Part shown: positions 35,700-42,041 of the stretch, piece by piece | Position numbering within the stretch: position 1 is the stretch's first letter | Layout: each line of letters begins with the position of its first letter | DNA from: a bacterium | GTDB lineage: Bacteria; Ratteibacteria; UBA8468; B48-G9; JAFGKM01 | Direction of reading: 5' to 3' | NCBI GenBank assembly: GCA_035341815.1 | Contig: DAOQVZ010000005.1 | Coordinates: forward strand, 1-42,041 | DNA length: 42,041 nt | Translations under genes and position numbers: made by a program | The notes under the pieces: model-generated | Databases searched by the model: none | What the model saw: only the letters and a program-made list of their open reading frames with translations | What the model was told of the DNA's origin: nothing

Positions 35700-36132
35700 A
35701 TATGTGGTTTCCTTGAAAAATACATTTTATTATAACCCATACAGGAAGAGTCCGGCAAAATTTATGGTTTAACAGCCCCCTCACCCCAACCCTCCTGCGC
35801 CAAGGCTTCGGACGGGCAAGCCCTCTCCCCAAAGGGTAGAGGGAAAAAAACGAAGGTCGGACATTCGTATCAATAACAAACAGGAGAAGATACTTAAATC
35901 CTGTCAGGGCAAATAAGCAGAATAATAAATGCAGCGGCCGCATTCATGCGACTCTAAAATCAAAGCAGTACCATAAATGGTTTATCCCGGCAGGGGTACC
36001 GCTGTAAAAGAGATTATGAAGGCACTCTCACGTTTTACATAGGCAGGCTAAGGAAATAGCTGCGTCTCAAACCACGCTCCCTACTGTAATGAAAACTCTC
36101 GCAATGGCCATTCGGGCAAAATTCCGAGTTTT

Positions 36133-37644
36133 TCATCGGAAACGGAATGAATAGAGGTCAGCTTCCTTCATCGATACGCGCAGGCAGACAGGTTTGCCCG
36201 CAAGGGTTCCGGGGTCGGGATTGCCTTTCCACTGGACAGGATGTTCTATCCTGTCGCAAACAACAGGCATGCATTCATCAAGCGAAAAACCCCTGTAAAC
36301 TCCTCCTGAAGGGTCGCTAAGCTCAACTTTCAGCATCCCGGCCGCCGAAGTGCTCACGTTCAGTAGAAGAGTATTTCCATCAAAGGTAAAAGGTCTTGTA
36401 ACGAATTCGCCTTCTTCTGCACCGGCACGCACGGATACAAAACCGTCGGTGCGCATAACGTAGCGATAGCCGCTTCTTGCATGGTATATCGACATCTCAT
36501 TATCGCCCGTGGGAACAACGTTGAGTGCGACGTAATTGGCCCTGCTTGCCCATCTTTCGGTATCAAGACCTGGACGGATAAACGCTTCCTTGAAGATCCT
36601 GTCGAAAAACAGCGAACCCGCCCTCGAGGTCATGAAAAGAATATCGGTTGAACCGAGCATTGTATCCGTTTTCCCGGAACCGACCCGCCCTGCCATATAC
36701 CTTGTGGGAAATGCGATATATATGTGTGGAGCACGGAAATAAGGATGGACCTGGTTTGTGTAAAGATGCTCCCCGGGCAGGTTGGGATTCATGGCTACCG
36801 GATTGCTCCAGCTTATGAAATCGGGAGAGGTAGTCCTGCTTATCGTGCGCAGTTCTTCACTTCTGCCCGATTCACCTGTCCTGCCGGAAGTTCCTATTGA
36901 ACCGGCACCTGGATTTTCTTTATCTCCTCCGGCGTAAGAAGCCCATGTCCGGAAATAACATACATAGCAGTTTTCTTCCTGCGACCAGAAAGAAACGTTC
37001 TGGGAATCAAAGGCATGAGACCATGAAGGGTCAAACGGTATTACGGGAGAAGAACTTTTCTTGCGCCACCTTACGCCGTCTGCAGAAACAAACGAGTGAA
37101 GTCCGTCGGCCCTGACTTTTTTCCGGAATCCGGGATGGCCAGCCAGTGCCTTGAAACGTTCGCTTTCGTCCACTCCCGGGCGGGTATCGAGAAAGGGAGA
37201 AAAGTTATGGCTGAAAGGAGGATGTCCTGCAAGTATGGCGTTGTTTTCACGTGTTCCGTTAACTTCAAACAGCCCCAGGGATGGAAATGTCCATTCTTTG
37301 CCGTCCGTGCTCTCGGCATAACATGTTATTTCACCGGGATGGCCGCTGTAATTGCGCCGCCCCTTGTAACCGGGGTCATCTCCCCTGTAGTACGCGCGGT
37401 AGAGAGGTCCGTCTTTTATCACGGTGGCATAAGAACCTTTAAGGGGAGATGCCGGCAGGGAGGCCCTTTCGGGAGAATGGAGCCTGAGCTCGAGATTCTT
37501 CATCGATTCAATGATGAAGCCGTCAACAAAAAGTTCCAGCCGGGAACCTATGTTCAACACTTTTTTTTCTCCTTGCCCTGCCGCCGTTTTCCAGCCGGCA
37601 AGAAAAATTAAGATTAAAAGAAAAGTTTGCCATTTCTTCCTCAT
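36133..37644 (-). CDS. Secreted beta-propeller-like protein, putative glycoside hydrolase
   Basis: Start set at MRKKWQTFLLILIFLAGWKTAAG (signal peptide, ATG 37644); the ORF-track start 37701 is a GTG extension. Repeated S/T-x-DG-x-x-W-like strands (STDGKEWTF, SADGVRWRK, SPDFISWSN). The family is not resolved. Confidence 0.7.
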   Translation of the reverse strand: MRKKWQTFLLILIFLAGWKTAAGQGEKKVLNIGSRLELFVDGFIIESMKNLELRLHSPERASLPASPLKGSYATVIKDGPLYRAYYRGDDPGYKGRRNYSGHPGEITCYAESTDGKEWTFPSLGLFEVNGTRENNAILAGHPPFSHNFSPFLDTRPGVDESERFKALAGHPGFRKKVRADGLHSFVSADGVRWRKKSSSPVIPFDPSWSHAFDSQNVSFWSQEENCYVCYFRTWASYAGGDKENPGAGSIGTSGRTGESGRSEELRTISRTTSPDFISWSNPVAMNPNLPGEHLYTNQVHPYFRAPHIYIAFPTRYMAGRVGSGKTDTMLGSTDILFMTSRAGSLFFDRIFKEAFIRPGLDTERWASRANYVALNVVPTGDNEMSIYHARSGYRYVMRTDGFVSVRAGAEEGEFVTRPFTFDGNTLLLNVSTSAAGMLKVELSDPSGGVYRGFSLDECMPVVCDRIEHPVQWKGNPDPGTLAGKPVCLRVSMKEADLYSFRFR

Positions 37645-37670
37645 TGCAGACCCCCAGGAAACACTAAATT

Positions 37671-38771
37671 TCACCATTGGCCGGCAATATCCTCTATCCA
37701 CCAGTGGTGTTCGTTAACCTTGTTGGTTCCGGGTTCATATCCTATGCTTGACTGTATAAGAAGCCTCTTATGCCCGCTGGAGCCGTATTTTCCTATTACC
37801 TCGTTTGCCGAATAACAGTCCCCCCTCGGAGGGTCGGCAGTGTACAAAAATACCCCTTCATCCCAGTTGATGCCGTCTCCTGACGAATATAAAACAAAAT
37901 TGCTTTTGTCTTTCCCGTAACTGCCGCTGCGTCCGTGCAGGAAATAGTAATCCCCTATCTTTTCGGACATCTGGGGATTCCTTATCTTCTTTGCGAAATA
38001 TGCAGTTTTGACTTCGGACCATGTATGCCCCTCGTCAGAACTGGTGACATAATGCATGTTATGCTCATCCGTTGAACCGCCCCTGTAAGGATAGGAATAA
38101 ACGATTATCCTGCCGTCTTCCAGGACTCCTGCCGTGGAATAATAATTGGTATGTGCAAAAGGAAGCGTGCTTCTTTTCCGGAAAGTTTCCCCGCTGTCCT
38201 GGGAAACATACATGGAATAAGGTCCGGGGCAGTAATCGGCCGAACCGCCCATGAATACGGTGAAGACCTTTCCTCCGTGCACGAAAGAAGCGTCGAAAGT
38301 CAGGGAGACGTCTTCCACCGAAGCCAGCCTGTCTATATCCATGGGGCCCGACCATGTCATACCGTTGTCGCGGCTCAAAAGATAAACGGGAGGAAGTTTC
38401 TTGACCCATTTTTCATTTTCAAACCTTGAAAGCACCGCTATAACAGTTCCGTCGGGCGCCGTCACGGCTGAAAAAACAATGGCGGAATAGACCTCGCTGC
38501 CTTCCCACATCTTTTTGGAATATTCAAGAATACAGGGGTCGCTCCACGTCTTTCCTCCGTCCGAAGACCTCCTGTACTCAGACCAGCCGGCAACCCCGTG
38601 TCCGTTTAGAATCTCGCCGGACACGTTGCTGTAAAAAGCCAGTATGTCGCCGTTTTTGCATTCGGCAATGCAGTTTCCGCCGTGGCCGGAACGTCCGTTC
38701 TTGGAGTGGTCAACGAAGAGCATCCCCTTGTTGGGGATATCGCCTGGGACTATTTTGAAAGGAATTTCCAT
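37671..38771 (-). CDS. BNR/Asp-box repeat beta-propeller protein (sialidase-like), no signal peptide
   Basis: Five Asp-box-like motifs: SSDGGKTW, SRDNGMTW, SQDSGETF, SSDEGHTW, SSGDGINW. RBS AGGAGGG. No hydrophobic N-terminus. Confidence 0.82.
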   Translation of the reverse strand: MEIPFKIVPGDIPNKGMLFVDHSKNGRSGHGGNCIAECKNGDILAFYSNVSGEILNGHGVAGWSEYRRSSDGGKTWSDPCILEYSKKMWEGSEVYSAIVFSAVTAPDGTVIAVLSRFENEKWVKKLPPVYLLSRDNGMTWSGPMDIDRLASVEDVSLTFDASFVHGGKVFTVFMGGSADYCPGPYSMYVSQDSGETFRKRSTLPFAHTNYYSTAGVLEDGRIIVYSYPYRGGSTDEHNMHYVTSSDEGHTWSEVKTAYFAKKIRNPQMSEKIGDYYFLHGRSGSYGKDKSNFVLYSSGDGINWDEGVFLYTADPPRGDCYSANEVIGKYGSSGHKRLLIQSSIGYEPGTNKVNEHHWWIEDIAGQW

Positions 38772-39025
38772 ATCATACCCTCCTGCTCACGCTGTTTCAC
38801 AAACAGGGGAAAAAGAATTGATGTAAGATCCACCCCTGCATAAGCTTACTACGGCGCACCCTGAAGGGTGCTGCTACAAGTTTATAGAGCATTGGTAGCC
38901 GCAGGCTTTTTTATGCCGGGCCTCTCCGGTAAGCCTGCGCAATTCCGGCTGTCAAAAAAGCGAGATAAATCTCACCGCTGCAAAAAGAGGGCAAACACTA
39001 TTCATCCATTTGCTGCACGGGGCTG

Positions 39026-42000
39026 TCAATGGACGGCTTCCACGGGTTCGGCCGACAGAGCGGAAGAACCTTTAAGGGTGCCGTCGAACAGGAAAAGCGC
39101 CCGGGTATTTATATCTTTCTCAAAGACCGTTTCAGGCTGAGTAAAATCCTGCCTGTATCGTACTATATCTGAAATCCTGAGGCTGTCCATCGTTCCCTTA
39201 AAAGGACCAAGCACAACTTCCCTGTCTTCTTTTGAAATATTGAAAGTATCGCTCTTCGCCTGCCATGAGCTTACCTTTGACTGCCCTGGAACCCTTAGAA
39301 AGCGCACCCTTTCCGGGCTCCTGTAGTCATCCAGACGGCGTCCGCCGGCAAAAGTCACAAACTCCCACTTCTTTTCTTTTTCATCGAATGACCAGGTGTA
39401 TGCAACATGAACCCATTCGCCCACCTTGAAAATATGGTTGTCTTCCCTGCCTATCAGCGATTTTGCGTTGAGAAAAGGGCGCAGGGGCTCCGCCCCGGGG
39501 AATGTACCGAGCAGTTCCAGTATCAGGTCGCTGTAAATAAGCTTCTGGGACGCCCTCGAACCATAACGGTATCCCGCGTGTATGTGGGGGCCCTGGAGGA
39601 AAGAAAGAACCCTGTAAGAATCGCCGCTTCCGAGCACTATGTAGCGGCTTGACCAGTCGGGCTTGAACCAGAATTCCACCGTTCCCTGTTTACCCGGGAA
39701 AAAAGTATACCCGCCCTGCCGCTCCTCTTTTCCTGAAGGAAATTTTATAAATTGCTCTCCGTAAAGCCTTAACGCCTTGCCTGATATGCCCGGGACAAAC
39801 TCCATTCCGGATAGGGGCAGGCTTTCTGCATCAGCGACAACCGCTTCTTCCAGAGCTTTTTCAGGTAGTCGTGACGCTGAACCATACGACACAAGAGGGT
39901 TAACGTTAAGCAGGCGGACGAAAACCATGGGGTCCCGGGACGAGGGAGCAATCATCCATATCCCGTGGTTCCCGCTGACGGGAACGGAAATCCTGCCCGT
40001 GCTTTTCGTGTCAGCTTCAAGCATGACCTTTCCTCCAGCAGTCATTATCTCCACCGGCCGCCCAAGGAATATTTCAAGTTCTTTCAACCCTTCAGGCACG
40101 CGGAAAAAGAAAGGCTGGCAGTCTCCGAGACGGGAAGCATTGCCCTGCCCGTTAACCGCCCAGCCGTCGCCTTCCACCTCAGCAAAAGCTGTCCAGAAGC
40201 CTTCCGGGCAATGGAGAGCAACCTTTGGGGAGGTGGAATCGAGAATAACAAAGGGCTCGTTTCCCCTTAACGAAAGCAGATACATCCCCGCAGGCACCGA
40301 AGACGGAACGGCAAGCTTCACATGGTACTGGTAATTGGGGGAAGCCGGCTTGCCGTAGGTAATGGGAACCATTGTCTCTATCCTTTCTTCCATCTCAATT
40401 CTTATTCCGGGCAGTGGAACAGCCTTTGACGAAAGCGGATACGGGGTAAGCTCCGGCTTCACATTTCCCCGTGCAGGAGTATAACAGAATAGATTTATAA
40501 CGGTATCCCTGTCTCCCTGATGAAGGAAAACAGCCCGGCTGGGAGTATCCTTCATAGACTTGACAAGCAGGGGGAACGGATTCCCCGCGATTCCCTTTTC
40601 GGTAAAGAATTTCATGGCCGTGGGCAGGCCGAGAAAAGAATGTGTATGGTTAGGCACCCCCAACCTGGGAAGGGTTTTCCACAGGTAAGGATCTTCGGGC
40701 ATGTTTGCCAGCTCTTTTTCGAGTGGTACTGAAAAGAGAGAAAAACCGTCATTGACGGTCTGTTCAATAACTCTCCTGTAATTAACGTTTCCGGTCATCC
40801 CGTAAGCAATGGGGTAGGCAAAGGCCGCGGCACTCTGGTAAGAGATGGGGAACGGGTTCCGGTAGAAACGGTAGCGGTGGTCCAGTATCTTAAGAAAAGC
40901 CTCTTTGCCGAGCTCGTCGCCCGTTTCCCTGTAATACATGTAGAGGGTAGGAACGTGGCGCTGGTCCTTGTACATGGCGCACCCGTAAGTCATGTATTCG
41001 GGGGTGACACCCGTCTGTTTTTCAATGCTGATAAGGGCATGGGCAAGCTCCCGCGCCATCCGGCCGAAATCTTCGTCCCACTCCATCATGTATAGGTTGA
41101 CCAGTTTGCGTAGGGTTAGAAAAGAAAGTGCAGTCCTCCAGTCGGTCGCTTCCTTGACATTCCAGTGCTTCCTGAAGGATTCGCCGACCTTGACGAGAAC
41201 ATCCCTGCAATACTCGTCCCCGGACAGGTAATATTCCATGAGCCAGTTACCTATGTCGCTTGAACTGCTGTTCATATCGTAAACCTGCGTCATGTTGCCC
41301 CAGTAGAAAGGCATCCTGTGCACGGGCGGCCGCAGTCTTGTAAATCCGCCTTTAAGCTTGTTCGGGGCGTCACAGTGGGCTATGCCGAAATCCCCGAGTA
41401 TCCTGTTAAACCTGTGGCCCGAATCGTAATACCTTCTTTCGCCGCTTCGGGCATAAAGGCTCCAGGTATGCCGCCGCACGTTATATACACTCATGTCTCC
41501 ATAGGAAAGGAAATCCGCAAACCATGTACCGTTGACATTCCTGTAGGTTATATAGGGGCCGTGCCCCCAGTTGATAAAGCCGTTCATGGGAAATACTTTG
41601 TGAGGAAGCATGAGACGTTCCCATGTTTCGGAAATAAAGGCTTCTTCCCTTGAAAATTTCTCCGTGTCCCTGTGATGCATCGGCCATCCGAGGGCCTCTG
41701 TTTTGCAGAGCCACTGCGGTTCGGCAAGAACAAGGGGACTTCTCGCTGCGGCAATGGCCGTCTTGCTTACATGCAAGGGGTCGTAACCGCCTGCACGCGG
41801 CAGGAGCCAGATGTCGTGTGTGCGCGCGGCGCCCTGGGCATTATTGGCAACTCCTGAGAGCTTTGAGATTCCCGGACTGCCTAACCCTTTTTCCGCCCAG
41901 CTCTGCCAGTATTCTTTCGCGAGAGTGGAGCTCCTGAAATCAAGCTCCCTGCCGGAGCGGTTTGACCACAGAACCGCCCGGGCTTTCCCCGGTCCGAATG

Positions 42001-42040
42001 ATATTTCCTTGGGAAACCTCTCTGCAAGCCATGGCATCAC
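39026..42040 (-). CDS. Paralog of 22106-26092 (toroid-like region plus C-terminal LamG); N-terminal ~335 aa lie beyond the right edge
   Basis: The visible part starts MMPWLAERFPKEISFGPGKARAVLWSNRSGRELDF, matching VMPWLAERFPKEISFGPGGARAVLWSGRSGRELDF in the 1328-aa protein. The LamG tail has GTVEFWFKPD...EWVHVAYTWS...MDSLRISDIVRY (about 39029-39805). Confidence 0.88.
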   Translation of the reverse strand: MMPWLAERFPKEISFGPGKARAVLWSNRSGRELDFRSSTLAKEYWQSWAEKGLGSPGISKLSGVANNAQGAARTHDIWLLPRAGGYDPLHVSKTAIAAARSPLVLAEPQWLCKTEALGWPMHHRDTEKFSREEAFISETWERLMLPHKVFPMNGFINWGHGPYITYRNVNGTWFADFLSYGDMSVYNVRRHTWSLYARSGERRYYDSGHRFNRILGDFGIAHCDAPNKLKGGFTRLRPPVHRMPFYWGNMTQVYDMNSSSSDIGNWLMEYYLSGDEYCRDVLVKVGESFRKHWNVKEATDWRTALSFLTLRKLVNLYMMEWDEDFGRMARELAHALISIEKQTGVTPEYMTYGCAMYKDQRHVPTLYMYYRETGDELGKEAFLKILDHRYRFYRNPFPISYQSAAAFAYPIAYGMTGNVNYRRVIEQTVNDGFSLFSVPLEKELANMPEDPYLWKTLPRLGVPNHTHSFLGLPTAMKFFTEKGIAGNPFPLLVKSMKDTPSRAVFLHQGDRDTVINLFCYTPARGNVKPELTPYPLSSKAVPLPGIRIEMEERIETMVPITYGKPASPNYQYHVKLAVPSSVPAGMYLLSLRGNEPFVILDSTSPKVALHCPEGFWTAFAEVEGDGWAVNGQGNASRLGDCQPFFFRVPEGLKELEIFLGRPVEIMTAGGKVMLEADTKSTGRISVPVSGNHGIWMIAPSSRDPMVFVRLLNVNPLVSYGSASRLPEKALEEAVVADAESLPLSGMEFVPGISGKALRLYGEQFIKFPSGKEERQGGYTFFPGKQGTVEFWFKPDWSSRYIVLGSGDSYRVLSFLQGPHIHAGYRYGSRASQKLIYSDLILELLGTFPGAEPLRPFLNAKSLIGREDNHIFKVGEWVHVAYTWSFDEKEKKWEFVTFAGGRRLDDYRSPERVRFLRVPGQSKVSSWQAKSDTFNISKEDREVVLGPFKGTMDSLRISDIVRYRQDFTQPETVFEKDINTRALFLFDGTLKGSSALSAEPVEAVH

Positions 42041-42041
42041 C

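Noticed and set aside
35524-35943. 139-aa minus-strand ORF reaching into the long intergenic gap
   Set aside because: It overlaps the membrane-gene N-terminus out of frame. No RBS, and an implausible composition.
37645-37701. GTG-initiated 19-aa extension of the secreted propeller protein, overlapping the upstream gene
   Set aside because: The internal ATG at 37644 yields a canonical signal peptide (MRKKWQTFLLILIFLAGW) and removes the overlap.
8318-42040. Mobile genetic element, phage, defence island or diversity-generating retroelement as an explanation for the paralog-rich island
   Set aside because: No integrase, transposase, reverse transcriptase, phage structural genes or terminal inverted repeats are recognisable. 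The paralogs are diverged at the DNA level, which fits old duplications rather than active mobility.

Overview
This 42-kb window comes from an uncultured-type bacterium. DUF1559/H-X9-DG pseudopilins, a dockerin and several LamG-bearing giant exoproteins suggest a PVC-like or candidate-phylum lineage, but that is inference only. The left ~8 kb is housekeeping: groEL (partial), groES, cysK, acetolactate decarboxylase, tRNA-Ser, an ACT-MBL hydrolase, a flavoprotein and DUF72. Inside it, a 705-bp HepT/MNT toxin-antitoxin cassette sits within the tRNA-Ser transcription unit, flanked by a perfect 44-bp repeat that equals the 5' part of the tRNA. From ~8.3 kb to the right edge lies an accessory island in which many components occur as a paralog pair. 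The pairs are two giant beta-helix/CBM9-like exoproteins flanking two pseudopilin genes, two ~1300-aa toroid-plus-LamG exoproteins on opposite strands, two URO-D-family genes, and two copies of a secreted N-terminal module. One module copy is fused to PHP plus dockerin; the other is stand-alone and sits next to a PAS-LuxR regulator. The island also holds a DeoR/amidohydrolase pair flanked by a ~35-bp repeat, a Gfo/Idh/MocA oxidoreductase, a 640-aa polytopic membrane protein and two beta-propeller (BNR/Asp-box type) putative glycosidases. I saw no CRISPR array, integrase, transposase, reverse transcriptase, SusC/D pair or ABC transporter. All functional calls rest on motifs I recognised by eye; no database search was run.
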